Part shown: positions 32,023 through 44,439 of the stretch, in pieces
Layout of the letters: the number at the start of each line of letters is the position of its first letter
Position numbering within the stretch: the first letter of the stretch is position 1
NCBI GenBank assembly: GCA_003208875.1
Contig: QCUR01000002.1
Span: 244,401 to 308,400, forward strand
Direction: 5' to 3'
Length of the DNA stretch: 64,000 nucleotides
Source: Prochlorococcus sp. AG-679-M23
Lineage (GTDB): Bacteria; Cyanobacteriota; Cyanobacteriia; PCC-6307; Cyanobiaceae
Program-made: the position numbers and the translations under genes
Notes under the pieces: generated by a model
Told to the model about the DNA's origin: nothing
What the model saw: the letters and a program-made list of their open reading frames with translations, nothing else
The model's database searches: none

Positions 32023-33252
32023 CTAATGAAGAGACTTTCGCGCACTAATCATGCCTATATAACCAGTTGATTCCAGTGAACACCTTAACAACATTCCGAT
32101 CACAAAAAATGAGGATAATAAGGAATTTCCTCCGTAACTTACAAAAGGTAATGGTAACCCAGTTGTGGGCATTGTTCCTGTTGCCACAGCTATATGCATT
32201 ATAGATTGACCTATAAGTAAAGTTGCGCATCCAATAGCAACTAACTTTGTATAATTATTTCTACACTTTATTGCGATTCTTAAGCTTACATAAGAAAAAA
32301 GAACTAAAAAACCTAACAATAATGTTGATCCTAATAAACCAAATTCTTCTGCAAAAATAGCAAAAATGAAATCTGTGCTTTGAATTGGTAAATATTGTAA
32401 TTTTTGTGTAGAGAGGCCAAATCCTTGTCCAAATAATCCTCCTGAACCTATCGCTAGTAAACTCTGAATTAATTGATAGCCATTGCCCTCTGCATCTTTC
32501 CAAGGATCTATGAATGATATGACTCTTAGCTTTTGATACTCATTACTCAAAATACTAATACAACCACTTAAAACTCCTAATGAAGCTAATGATAAGAGTG
32601 AACTGAATTTTACTCCCCCACATAAACCCATCACCCAAAAAAGAATTCCTGTTAAACCTGCGGTACTTAAATTGGGCTGCTTCATTATTAGTAAAATTAA
32701 AAACCCAAATGTGCTTAATGAAATAATTTTTCTTTTATTTTTAACTAAATTCCAATGTGCAAATAAGTTAGCTGCTTCCAAAATTGAAAAAGGTTTAATT
32801 AATTCAGACGGTTGAATTTGTAGAGGACCTAGAATTAACCATCTTGAAGAACCGTTAACGGTACTGCCAAAGAATATTGTTAAAATTATCAAAAAAATTA
32901 AGAAGTAAAAAATAATTTTTGAAATTTTTAAAAGATTTCTAATATTTGTATTTAAAACAAAATAAAAAAAAGTTAATCCAGGAATACACCAAATAATTTG
33001 CCTTTTTAAATAATAAGCCCAATCCCCCATTTCCTTGCTAGCGACCCACCAACTAGCAGAACCAAGAATAAACAGACCTAAAACAGACCATATACCAATC
33101 AAAATAAGTAGAAGTTTTCCTTCATAAGGCCAAATTTTCCAAGGTATAGGTAAGAAATTTTCCCTTAAATAGTTGGGGTTGTTTATGGAATCAAAAGTTC
33201 TATTTCTTTTAAAATAACTATTATATTTTGTAGCTGATTTACTTATCTCCAA
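32023..33252 (-). CDS. ftsW: SEDS family peptidoglycan polymerase FtsW
   Basis: NGSSRW, QPSE, TDFIFA, GLPLPFVSYGG. Confidence 0.9.
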   Translation of the reverse strand: MEISKSATKYNSYFKRNRTFDSINNPNYLRENFLPIPWKIWPYEGKLLLILIGIWSVLGLFILGSASWWVASKEMGDWAYYLKRQIIWCIPGLTFFYFVLNTNIRNLLKISKIIFYFLIFLIILTIFFGSTVNGSSRWLILGPLQIQPSELIKPFSILEAANLFAHWNLVKNKRKIISLSTFGFLILLIMKQPNLSTAGLTGILFWVMGLCGGVKFSSLLSLASLGVLSGCISILSNEYQKLRVISFIDPWKDAEGNGYQLIQSLLAIGSGGLFGQGFGLSTQKLQYLPIQSTDFIFAIFAEEFGLLGSTLLLGFLVLFSYVSLRIAIKCRNNYTKLVAIGCATLLIGQSIMHIAVATGTMPTTGLPLPFVSYGGNSLLSSFFVIGMLLRCSLESTGYIGMISARKSLH

Positions 33253-33519
33253 TTTAAAGTTTGTAGATATACTATTGAGACGTTAAATGACTACTTTGCC
33301 AAGTCTTATTACTCCTTTTTGAGTAAATTTGAGTTTTTAGATTTTGATTAAAAAAACTCAATTTATTTTTATTTTTTCATAAACATCTAAATCAAATATC
33401 ACAAATCTTAAGAATTAGGACTTTAAACAAAATATTCCTAGCTAAAAGACCCCTCCCCATGATAGATTCCGTGGGTTTATATACTTACTTAAATCTGTAT
33501 AGAGGGGGTTTTCTAAATT

Positions 33520-33999
33520 ATGTTCACATCTGTGGACTCAAATAGAAAAAAAATTGTTGAGCATCTTCCAGGTAAGAATGTTCATGGTTCCCCTACCCAG
33601 GGTAATTCTTTCATTAATAAAATTAAATTAGTTTTTGCTAGTCAATTTCAAAAATTATTTTCAAAAAATGATGAATACACTAAATTGCAAATAACAATTT
33701 TTGGTATTACTTTTATCGTTGCCATTTTAGTGGCATCTATAACAGGAATTATAATTGGGTATACTTTTGGTTTTAGTGTTTTTGTAGGTGCCATTGCTGG
33801 TATTTTTTACTTACGTTTACTTGCTAAAAGCATAGGAAAAATAGGGAAAGAATCTAATGGGTTTTCTCAATTGCAACTATTGGTTCCAGTTTGTCTCTTT
33901 CTTTTTGCAAGCAAGCTAGGATCTTTAGATATTTTCCCCGCAATGATAGGCTTCTTTATCTATAAGCCTTCTCTTATATTTTATTTCTCACGTTCTTAA
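33520..33999 (+). CDS. atp1: ATP synthase protein I (atp1)
   Basis: Hydrophobic ORF at the head of the atp operon; YLRLLA, GFFIYK. Confidence 0.85.
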   Translation: MFTSVDSNRKKIVEHLPGKNVHGSPTQGNSFINKIKLVFASQFQKLFSKNDEYTKLQITIFGITFIVAILVASITGIIIGYTFGFSVFVGAIAGIFYLRLLAKSIGKIGKESNGFSQLQLLVPVCLFLFASKLGSLDIFPAMIGFFIYKPSLIFYFSRS

Positions 34000-34044
34000 A
34001 TAAATTTTGCTTTTCAAAATTTATTAATTTTTATTTAAATCAAA

Positions 34045-34770
34045 ATGTTCTTTAACTCCTTGCCAACAAATTTTGCAGCATTAGAAGTAGGTCAACATCT
34101 TTATTGGCAGATTGGAAATATAAGACTTCACGGACAAGTTTTTTTAACTTCTTGGATCCTATTAGGTGCTTTATTAGTTTTCATCTCATTAGGGACAAAA
34201 AAAATGGAAAATGATCCTAAGGGATTACAGAATTTACTTGAATTTTTATGGGACTACATTAGAGATCTTGCAAGAACTCAAATTGGTGAAAAAGTATACA
34301 GAGATTGGATGCCTTTTATAGGAACTCTATTCTTATTTGTTTTTGTAAGTAATTGGGGAGGAGCGCTTATACCTTGGAGATTAATAAAATTACCAAGTGG
34401 AGAATTAGGAGCTCCAACAGCTGATATTAATACAACCATTGCTTTGGCATTGTTAGTTTCTCTATCTTATTTCTATGCTGGGCTAAGTAATAAGGGTTGG
34501 AGATATTTTGAATATTATGTTCATCCAACACCGATAATGTTGCCTTTTAAAATTCTAGAAGACTTTACTAAACCTCTATCTTTATCCTTTAGGCTTTTTG
34601 GAAATATTCTTGCTGATGAACTTGTTGTTGGTGTTTTGGTTTTTCTAGTTCCCTTGGTTTTGCCCATTCCTGTAATGTTTCTAGGGTTGTTCACAAGTGC
34701 AATTCAAGCATTAATCTTTGCTACACTCGCTGCTTACTACATAGGAGAAGCCGTAGAAGAACATCATTAG
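34045..34770 (+). CDS. atpB: ATP synthase F0 subunit a
   Basis: [17 protein letters not shown]. Confidence 0.98.
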   Translation: MFFNSLPTNFAALEVGQHLYWQIGNIRLHGQVFLTSWILLGALLVFISLGTKKMENDPKGLQNLLEFLWDYIRDLARTQIGEKVYRDWMPFIGTLFLFVFVSNWGGALIPWRLIKLPSGELGAPTADINTTIALALLVSLSYFYAGLSNKGWRYFEYYVHPTPIMLPFKILEDFTKPLSLSFRLFGNILADELVVGVLVFLVPLVLPIPVMFLGLFTSAIQALIFATLAAYYIGEAVEEHH

Positions 34771-34787
34771 TTTCTCTTTAATACACT

Positions 34788-34895
34788 CAGACTCTTTTAC
34801 AAAGGGCCTGTAATCTGGCAAAATGTTTAATCGCGTAGGTCTGAAAAATTCAGACCCATTCTTAAAAAAAAAAGAATGTCCAAGCGTGTTAGACA
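34788..34895 (+). ncRNA. Structured cis-element between subunits a and c (position of the ATPC RNA motif)
   Basis: Hairpins GGTCTGAA/TTCAGACC (34838-34856) and CATTCTT/AAGAATG (34857-34878) enclosed by TGTTTAA..CGC/GCG..TTAGACA. Confidence 0.75.
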
Positions 34896-34918
34896 AAAAG
34901 ATTTATCACAAGCATTAA

Positions 34919-35182
<264 letters not shown>

Positions 35183-35250
35183 AAGTTAATGTTGCTTTTA
35201 ATTCTTATTAGCAATATTTAAATATAATTTTTTAATTTCAACTGAAACAT

Positions 35251-35712
35251 ATGTTGGCCTTTGATTTTTTTGGTGCTACTGAAGGTGGGTTATTTGATAT
35301 AAATGCCACTTTGCCTCTTATGGCAATACAAGTAGTCGCTCTTACTTACATACTAAATTCTCTTTTTTTTAAGCCAGTAGGCAATGTTGTTGAAAAAAGA
35401 GAAAAATTTGTAAGTAACAATATTATGGATGCCAAAAATAAACTTTCAGAAGTTGAAAAATTAGAAGCTGATTTATTAAGTCAGCTTCAAAGCGCTCGCT
35501 CTGAAGCTCAAAAGATTGTGAGCGAAGCTGAGAATGAATCTGATAAGCTTTATAAAGAAGCTCTTGAACTTGCTAATAATGAAGCAAACGCTTCTAAGGA
35601 AAAAGCAAGGTTAGAAATAGAAAATCAGACATCTTCAGCTCGTGACCAGCTTTTTAAGCAAGCTGATGACTTAAGCGAACTTATTGTTAATAGATTAATT
35701 CTAGAAAAATGA
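35251..35712 (+). CDS. atpF2: ATP synthase F0 subunit b'
   Basis: [13 protein letters not shown]; operon order. Confidence 0.93.
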   Translation: MLAFDFFGATEGGLFDINATLPLMAIQVVALTYILNSLFFKPVGNVVEKREKFVSNNIMDAKNKLSEVEKLEADLLSQLQSARSEAQKIVSEAENESDKLYKEALELANNEANASKEKARLEIENQTSSARDQLFKQADDLSELIVNRLILEK

Positions 35713-36221
35713 ATTTACTTCTTCTAGCTACAGAAGGTTTTGGCTTAAATCTTAATTTATTCGAAACTAATGTTCTTAATTGGGCTGTAGTTGTTTTTGG
35801 CCTTTATAAATTTTTACCAGGCTTTCTAGGTAAAATGCTTCAAAAAAGAAGAGAGGGAATTCTTCTTGAATTAAAAGATGCAGAAGATCGACTTCTTAAG
35901 GCTACAAAAGCTTTAGAGAAAGCAAAGACTGACTTATCTTTAGCAGAAGAAAAAGCTAGTCAAATAAAAGCAGATTCTCTTAAAAGATCAGAATCAATCA
36001 GGATGGAAAGTGAGAAAAAAGCCATTGAAGAGATGGCACGAATAAAACAAAGTGCAATCTCTGATGAAAGCTCAGAAGCCTCAAGAGCGATTTCTCAACT
36101 TCGTAAAGAAGCTGTTGAATTAGCTATTAAGAAAGCTTTAGATTCTCTACCAAATAGACTTGATCAAACAACTCAAGAAAATTTGGTAACTCAATCCATA
36201 AATAATATTGAGATGAATTAA
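35709..36221 (+). CDS. atpF: ATP synthase F0 subunit b
   Basis: [14 protein letters not shown]; operon order. Confidence 0.94.
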   Translation: MNLLLLATEGFGLNLNLFETNVLNWAVVVFGLYKFLPGFLGKMLQKRREGILLELKDAEDRLLKATKALEKAKTDLSLAEEKASQIKADSLKRSESIRMESEKKAIEEMARIKQSAISDESSEASRAISQLRKEAVELAIKKALDSLPNRLDQTTQENLVTQSINNIEMN

Positions 36222-36763
36222 TGCCACTTTTAAATTCCGTTACTACCCCATACGCAGAAGCATTACTTCAGGTTGTTAGTGAAAACGATCAAACTGAAGA
36301 AATGGTTAAGGAGGTAAAACAACTACTATCCTTAATAAATGATTCTCCTGATCTAGAAAAAACATTATCTTCTCCAGTTTTAGAGACAGATACTAAGAAA
36401 AAAATAATAATTGAAATTTTTTCAGAAAAGATTAATTCTTCTCTTCTAAATTTTTTAAAACTATTAGCTGATAGGCAAAGAATTGGAATTGTAACTTCAA
36501 TTCTCGATAGATTTTTAGAAATTTACAGAGAAAATAGTAATATTGCTTTGGCAACTGTTACTTCTGCTGTTGAGCTTACTGATGACCAAAAAGGTTTAAT
36601 TACCAAAAAAATTATCAATATAGCTGGAACTGAAAAATTAGAACTTGTAACTAAAATCGACCCATCCCTCATTGGTGGTTTCGTCGCGAGTGTAGGATCT
36701 AAAGTAATTGATGCTAGTCTTGCCTCTCAAATTAGAAAGCTTGGTTTGTCACTATCCAAGTAA
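36221..36763 (+). CDS. atpH: ATP synthase F1 delta subunit
   Basis: PYAEALL, DPSLIGG...IDASL. Confidence 0.95.
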   Translation: MPLLNSVTTPYAEALLQVVSENDQTEEMVKEVKQLLSLINDSPDLEKTLSSPVLETDTKKKIIIEIFSEKINSSLLNFLKLLADRQRIGIVTSILDRFLEIYRENSNIALATVTSAVELTDDQKGLITKKIINIAGTEKLELVTKIDPSLIGGFVASVGSKVIDASLASQIRKLGLSLSK

Positions 36764-36782
36764 ATTCAAAATCCAACCTTAA

Positions 36783-38312
<1,530 letters not shown>

Positions 38313-38332
38313 ATTTATTCTAAGGAGATATC

Positions 38333-39283
38333 ATGGCAAATCTTAAAGAAATCAGAGATCGAATTGTTTCTGTAAAAAACACTAGAAAAATAACAGAAGC
38401 TATGAGATTAGTTGCGGCTGCAAAGGTGAGGAGGGCACAAGATCAAGTACTGAAAAGTAGACCTTTCGCTGACAAACTTGCCCGTGTCCTGGAGAATATT
38501 CAATCTAGGGTTCAGTTTGAAGCTGTAGATTCTCCTCTGTTATCCAAAAGGAACGTTAAAACAATCTCCTTAGTTTGCATAACTGCCGATAGAGGTTTAT
38601 GTGGGGGATACAATACCAACATAATTAAAAAGGTAGAAATTAGGTACGCAGAGTTGATCAAACAAGGTTATGAACCTAACTTGATTTTAATTGGCAAAAA
38701 GGCAATAGGTTATTTCCAAAATAGGAAAGATAAATACGTAATAAAAAGTACATTCAAAGAGCTAGAACAAGTACCAACAGCTATAGATTCTGAAGGAATT
38801 ACTAATGATGTCTTAGCCGAATTTTTATCAGAAAATTCAGACAGGGTAGAAATTATATATACCAAATTCATCACTCTTGTAAGTTGTGCTCCAGTTGTGC
38901 AAACATTGTTGCCATTAGATCCTCAAGGAATTGCTGAGGATAATGATGAGATTTTTAGATTAACTACAAAAAATAGTAAGTTACTCGTTGAAAAATCAAA
39001 TATGGAAAAGAATGATTCAGAGAAATTGCCTTCTGATATTGTTTTTGAACAAAGTCCTGATCAGTTATTAGATTCCTTATTACCTTTGTACTTACAGAAT
39101 CAGATTCTTAGAGCGCTGCAAGAGTCTGCCGCTTCAGAACTTGCCTGTAGAATGACAGCTATGAACAATGCGAGTGATAATGCTAAAGAATTAGCGAGTA
39201 CTTTAAACCTTACTTATAACAAAGCAAGACAAGCTGCTATAACTCAGGAAATACTTGAAGTAGTAGGAGGTTCAGCAGTCTAG
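38333..39283 (+). CDS. atpG: ATP synthase F1 gamma subunit
   Basis: DRGLCG, YNKARQAAITQEILE. Confidence 0.98.
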   Translation: MANLKEIRDRIVSVKNTRKITEAMRLVAAAKVRRAQDQVLKSRPFADKLARVLENIQSRVQFEAVDSPLLSKRNVKTISLVCITADRGLCGGYNTNIIKKVEIRYAELIKQGYEPNLILIGKKAIGYFQNRKDKYVIKSTFKELEQVPTAIDSEGITNDVLAEFLSENSDRVEIIYTKFITLVSCAPVVQTLLPLDPQGIAEDNDEIFRLTTKNSKLLVEKSNMEKNDSEKLPSDIVFEQSPDQLLDSLLPLYLQNQILRALQESAASELACRMTAMNNASDNAKELASTLNLTYNKARQAAITQEILEVVGGSAV

Positions 39284-39298
39284 CGGAATCGTTAAAAA

Positions 39299-39625
39299 AT
39301 GTCGGAATATAATATAAAAATTGAATTAGAAAAAAAGACGTATGTTTTTTTATGTCCTGAAGATCAAGATATAATATCTGCTGCTAAAGCTAATGGGTTT
39401 GATTTACCAAGTAGTTGCTGTTCGGGAGTATGTACTAGCTGCGCCTCAATGGTGATTGATGGATCAGTTGAACAAGAGGATGCAATGGGTTTAAATGATG
39501 ATTTGAAGGAAAAGGGTTTTGCTCTTTTATGTGTTGCGTATCCAAAGTCTGATTTACATATTATTATTGGCGATGAAGTTGAAGATAATCTATATAATAA
39601 TCAATTTGGTAAATATCAAAAATGA
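39299..39625 (+). CDS. Plant-type 2Fe-2S ferredoxin
   Basis: LPSSCCSGVCTSC...ALLCVAYP. Confidence 0.92.
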   Translation: MSEYNIKIELEKKTYVFLCPEDQDIISAAKANGFDLPSSCCSGVCTSCASMVIDGSVEQEDAMGLNDDLKEKGFALLCVAYPKSDLHIIIGDEVEDNLYNNQFGKYQK

Positions 39626-39831
39626 ACTTAAAAAAGGTTGATTTTTATTTAGATTGGCCAGGATCAAAAAAAATTATTCATTTGAGGAGATTTATTACTG
39701 AAAATCTGATGAAAAAAGGGGAAGTTATAAGATGGTCTATCGAAGATATTAAAGATTCAGTAGAATCCCTTAATATAAAAAAAATAAGAATTAAGGCTGT
39801 TTTAGCAAATCCAGTGAATTCAAAAATATAA
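39622..39831 (+). CDS. Hypothetical protein
   Basis: 69-aa ORF with ATGA overlap to the ferredoxin gene; GEVIRWSI. Confidence 0.65.
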   Translation: MNLKKVDFYLDWPGSKKIIHLRRFITENLMKKGEVIRWSIEDIKDSVESLNIKKIRIKAVLANPVNSKI

Positions 39832-39835
39832 TTCA

Positions 39836-40894
39836 ATGTCAATATCCCCCACAATATTTATTATTCCAACTGGAATTGGATGTGAAATAGGAGGTTTCGC
39901 TGGTGATGCACTTCCTGCCGCAAAATTATTAGCCTCTGCGAGTGGATGTTTAATTACTCATCCAAATGTTATGAATGGGGGATCTCTCTCTGAACAGAAC
40001 AAAGATATTTTTTACGTGGAAGGTTATAGTTTAGATCGATTTGCTAAAGGAGAAATTGGTCTCAAAAGTGTAAAACAGCAGAAAATTGGAATAATTTTTG
40101 ATTCAAGTATTGAACATGAAATATTACTGAGACATTTACAAGCCGCAGATGCTTGTGTCGCAACTTTAGGGATTGATGTTGATTCATATGTTTTAACAAA
40201 AGAACCGCTAGGAATAGTTATTGAGTCTGAATCAAAAGGTATAAGTGAAGGTTTAATTGAAAATCCCGATACTTTAATTGAAGCAGGAGAAAGGCTTATA
40301 GAGAAAGGGATAACTGCAATAGCGATAGTAGCCAAATTTCCTGATAATACTGATTTGATTGAGACAAATTCATATAGGGAGGGAAAGGGGGTTGATCCTA
40401 TTGCTGGAGTGGAGGCTGTAATAAGTCACTTGATAAGTAAGTATCTCAAAATCCCCTGTGCACATGCACCTGCATTAAGTCCAATTGAATTGAACGAAAA
40501 TTTAGATCCTCGTGCTGCTTCAGAAGAAATAGGATATACATTTTTGCCATCAGTACTGATTGGATTAAGTAATGCACCAGATCTTATAGAATTGACTGAT
40601 AACAACGAAAATATAACCTTACACCCAAGTCATATCGAATCTATTGTTGTTCCAAGTGGGGCATTAGGAGGAGAAGGAGTATTAGCTTGTATTGAGAGAG
40701 GTTTAAATGTAATCTCTGTAAAAAATAAAAATATATTAAATCTTGGTAATCATAATTTAAATTATCCCAAACTCATTGAAGTGGATAGTTATTTCGAGGC
40801 GGCAGGCTTAATTCTTGCTCTTAGACAGGGAATTAACCTAAAATCAATTAAAAGACCGTTGAATAAAGTCCAAGAATTAAATTTTAAGAAATAG
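39836..40894 (+). CDS. DUF3326 family protein
   Basis: IPTGIGCEIGGFAGDA, THPNVMNG. Confidence 0.85.
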   Translation: MSISPTIFIIPTGIGCEIGGFAGDALPAAKLLASASGCLITHPNVMNGGSLSEQNKDIFYVEGYSLDRFAKGEIGLKSVKQQKIGIIFDSSIEHEILLRHLQAADACVATLGIDVDSYVLTKEPLGIVIESESKGISEGLIENPDTLIEAGERLIEKGITAIAIVAKFPDNTDLIETNSYREGKGVDPIAGVEAVISHLISKYLKIPCAHAPALSPIELNENLDPRAASEEIGYTFLPSVLIGLSNAPDLIELTDNNENITLHPSHIESIVVPSGALGGEGVLACIERGLNVISVKNKNILNLGNHNLNYPKLIEVDSYFEAAGLILALRQGINLKSIKRPLNKVQELNFKK

Positions 40895-40899
40895 CTTTT

Positions 40900-42597
40900 T
40901 TAATTAGAGATTGCAATTGGTACTCTCCAGTCACTACCAAGTGATTGACTACTTAATTTTAGTATTGGAGGAGCTTGCTTTCTTTTGAATTCTGCTTTTT
41001 TAATAAGTGTAATTATTTTTAAAATTTGTTCTTTGGTATGACCATCTTGTTCAAGAAGTTGTAAATCTTTTTTTTCTTCAATAATTCCCTTAAGAATTTT
41101 ATCCAATAAAGAGTATGGAGGTAGTGAATCAGTATCAAGTTGATCAGGACCAAGTTCAGCGCTTGGAGGCTTATTGCAGATTTGATCGCCTATTATTTTG
41201 ACTTTGGTATCTAATTTATAAGCTTTTCTATGTTCTATTGAATCTTTACTATCAAGCCATCTACACAATTTAAAAACGTTAGTTTTATATAAATCACCTA
41301 TTACAGATAATCCTCCATTCATGTCACCATATAAAGTGCAATATCCAACAGCTAGTTCTGATTTATTACCTGTTGAAAGTAACAAATGCTTTTCTTGATT
41401 AGCTAAAGCCATTAAGAGAGTACCCCTTATCCTTGATTGAATATTTTGATTTGTTATTCCTTCTGTTTTGAAGTTTAAGCTTTCTATAAAAGATTCTTCA
41501 AAAGAGGACATAATATTCTCAATTGAAATTGTATTTAAGTTTATTTTTAGTCTTGCGACTAAATCTTTTGCATCGATTTTAGAATGCTCTGAGCTCCACT
41601 TTGAAGGCATTGAAACGCAAAAAATTTTTTCACTTCCTAATGCAGCAGTTGCAATTACTGAAACTAATGCTGAATCAATTCCTCCGCTTAGGCCAATTAA
41701 AGCTGATCTAAATCCGCATTTTTTAGCATAGTCTTTTACTCCTAAAACTAAAGCATCGAAAACTGAAGAAATTTCAGAAGGGATGCTTTCGTCTACTAAA
41801 TTTAAGTTTTCGTTAATATTCCAACTAGAAGTATCCTCTGAGAAGGATTTTAATTGTTTAATTTTTGAACCGTTTTTATTCATAATGAAACTATTTCCAT
41901 CAAAAATTAAATCATCATTTGCCCCTACCTGATTAACATATATTAAAGGGACTTGAAGATATTTAGCAGCAAAACTTGAAATTTTATTTCTTAAGTTGAA
42001 TTTTTTGAACGTATAAGGAGAGGCAGATAAATTTAATAAAAGATCAATTTTTTTGCTTTTTAAATCTATAATCGGATTCTTTTTATGAATACCTCTTCCT
42101 TCTATATTTTCATTAACCCATAAATCTTCGCATATAGTTATTCCAAGCTTATAAGTTTTGTTTTTTATTTTTTTGGAGATTATAGATACTCTTTGCTCAG
42201 ATCGAAAGTATCGTTTTTCATCAAATACTTCATAAGTTGGGAGAATAATTTTACGTGCAATTGTTTTCCATTTGCCACCCTCAATAAGAGCAATAGAATT
42301 ATAAAGATTTGGGAAAAAAGAATCATCAATCTTTTCTGCAATCCCAACCGCAACACTTAAATTCCCATATTTTTTATGAATTGATATGGATAATTGATCT
42401 AAAATATAATATTGTCTTTCAATTAAATTTTTTTTTAGTAGTAAATCTTTAGCAGGATAACCCCATAATGATAATTCTGGGGTGAGAACCATATCAGCAG
42501 AATTTGAATATGCTTTACCAGTTTCATTAAGTATTTTTTTTGCATTCCCCTCTAGATCTCCCACAATTGGATTCAATTGTGCAATGAAAAAATTCAT
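40900..42597 (-). CDS. nadE: Glutamine-dependent NAD+ synthetase
   Basis: Nitrilase domain (TPEL, ICEDLW) plus GLSGGIDS, GNKSE, PPSAEL. Confidence 0.96.
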   Translation of the reverse strand: MNFFIAQLNPIVGDLEGNAKKILNETGKAYSNSADMVLTPELSLWGYPAKDLLLKKNLIERQYYILDQLSISIHKKYGNLSVAVGIAEKIDDSFFPNLYNSIALIEGGKWKTIARKIILPTYEVFDEKRYFRSEQRVSIISKKIKNKTYKLGITICEDLWVNENIEGRGIHKKNPIIDLKSKKIDLLLNLSASPYTFKKFNLRNKISSFAAKYLQVPLIYVNQVGANDDLIFDGNSFIMNKNGSKIKQLKSFSEDTSSWNINENLNLVDESIPSEISSVFDALVLGVKDYAKKCGFRSALIGLSGGIDSALVSVIATAALGSEKIFCVSMPSKWSSEHSKIDAKDLVARLKINLNTISIENIMSSFEESFIESLNFKTEGITNQNIQSRIRGTLLMALANQEKHLLLSTGNKSELAVGYCTLYGDMNGGLSVIGDLYKTNVFKLCRWLDSKDSIEHRKAYKLDTKVKIIGDQICNKPPSAELGPDQLDTDSLPPYSLLDKILKGIIEEKKDLQLLEQDGHTKEQILKIITLIKKAEFKRKQAPPILKLSSQSLGSDWRVPIAISN

Positions 42598-42601
42598 TCA
42601 A

Positions 42602-43183
42602 CTACCTAATAGATTTATATAAATTATTCTTCTTCACTATATCGATTAATGATTCAGGTAAATCAGAATAATTATTACTTAATCTAACCATTGAACTAGA
42701 AATATTGGGAATGTTTAATGAAGAAATTTCAAAGATAACTTTATTAGTTTTTAACATTTTTAGAGTCTTAGATTCTATTGGATATCCTTCCCTTTTGATG
42801 ATGAGTAATTTAACTGCATGAATAATCTTATCAAAATTTTTCCATGAGAAAATTTCCGTAATTAAATCACTACCTATTACAAAATCTAATTTATTAAAGG
42901 GATAAGTTTTTTTACATTCTTCAATAGATTCTATAGCCCATTGGCTACTTATTTTTTGATTAAAAATGATTTTAGGATTATTTATATCTTTTATAAGTGA
43001 TTTTAATAAAAGGTTTCGAAAGAAAATATTTTCTTTATGCTTTTTTTTTGGATTATCACTTGCATAAGCAATAACAAGAGAATAAATGTTTGATAATTCT
43101 TCAAGTATTTTTTTGTGACCAATGGTTGGTGGATCTGCACTAGTCCCAAATAAGGCAATTCGATTTTTAGTATCAAATTTCAA
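42602..43183 (-). CDS. nadD: Nicotinate-nucleotide adenylyltransferase
   Basis: GTSADPPTIGH, VIGSD, ISSSMVR. Confidence 0.93.
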   Translation of the reverse strand: MKFDTKNRIALFGTSADPPTIGHKKILEELSNIYSLVIAYASDNPKKKHKENIFFRNLLLKSLIKDINNPKIIFNQKISSQWAIESIEECKKTYPFNKLDFVIGSDLITEIFSWKNFDKIIHAVKLLIIKREGYPIESKTLKMLKTNKVIFEISSLNIPNISSSMVRLSNNYSDLPESLIDIVKKNNLYKSIR

Positions 43184-44439
43184 GGTAGAAAAATAGAAAA
43201 ATTATTATCTAACTTTTTTCTAGATAAATAAATCTTTGTATAATCAAAAATCTCAGGTTCTTTTATTGCAATTTTTTTGATTATGTGAGAAGGATCTAAA
43301 AGATATTCTTTACTTTTTCTAAATATTTCTTTAGCGGCTAATTTACCAACTATTTTTGTTGAGCGAACCGATATAGCTGCTTGTACGATAGCAATAGGTC
43401 CGTAAGGTAATAATGATAAACCATTTGTAAAAGGAGCAGTGGCCAAGAAAATTTTACGCAATAAATTAAAAGATGTATTTATACCAACTTGAGTGGCTCC
43501 AAGGAAGATATTATTTATAGAAATCTTTTTGATGATTTTTCGTACTGATTCACCTTTAAGATTTAATCCATAAACTTTGCCCAACTCACTAACTAATACA
43601 GTATCTAATGCAAAACCTCCTGTAATATCGAGCAAAATCAATGGATTCAATGCTACCCCTGATGCTTTTATTGTTGCAAATTTACCTATAATCGATTGAG
43701 CTTCGCGTTGTCTTTTTTTTAATCTTTGTTCTTTTATTTTTAAGAATAATTTATCAGCTAATTGAAGAGAGTTTAAAGTCAATAGACTTTCTCCATAATT
43801 ATTAATTAACTCACTTAACTGGTTCCTAATATTATTTTTCGAATTTACTATTATCGGGATTTTTATATATTGTGGAAGTTTTAATCTTATATTTTTAAAA
43901 ATTTCTTTTAAATCATGCCCTTTCCACATATCAATTTTATTAAAAACAAGAATAATTTTTTTTCCATTCTTAATAAATGAATTGATTTGAGATACCTCAT
44001 TTCTGTTTATATCTCCAGCTATTGTAAATAAAATTAGTTCTGAACTATTGATTTGCGAGAATATATTTTCTGGATCTTTGATATCACAAAAATCAAAGCC
44101 TGGAGCATCAATTAATTCGATAGTTCTTAGACTTTGATGTTTGAAATTCCACTCTTCCCTTTTAATATTTTTTGTGGTCCCATTTAAAATGCCTGTCTTA
44201 AATACGTTTTTTTCTAATATTAAATTCAAAATAGAGGATTTACCAACTCCTGCTTTGCCATATATTCCAATTCTTAATTGCTTTTCGTTAAGTCTGAAAA
44301 GTTGTTGATTTAAAGAAATAATTTCATTGTTTAAATTACATTTTTCAAAGTTCGTAAGATCAATACTTTCCCACCATTTTTTCAAAAGTAAATAACTTTT
44401 ATCAATATTAATTTGCTTCATTATTATTCTTTCCACCAA
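43180..44439 (-). CDS. GTP-binding protein with DUF697-like C-terminus (start may be at 44421)
   Basis: GKAGVGKSS, DAPG, NKID. Confidence 0.82.
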   Translation of the reverse strand: MVERIIMKQINIDKSYLLLKKWWESIDLTNFEKCNLNNEIISLNQQLFRLNEKQLRIGIYGKAGVGKSSILNLILEKNVFKTGILNGTTKNIKREEWNFKHQSLRTIELIDAPGFDFCDIKDPENIFSQINSSELILFTIAGDINRNEVSQINSFIKNGKKIILVFNKIDMWKGHDLKEIFKNIRLKLPQYIKIPIIVNSKNNIRNQLSELINNYGESLLTLNSLQLADKLFLKIKEQRLKKRQREAQSIIGKFATIKASGVALNPLILLDITGGFALDTVLVSELGKVYGLNLKGESVRKIIKKISINNIFLGATQVGINTSFNLLRKIFLATAPFTNGLSLLPYGPIAIVQAAISVRSTKIVGKLAAKEIFRKSKEYLLDPSHIIKKIAIKEPEIFDYTKIYLSRKKLDNNFSIFLP

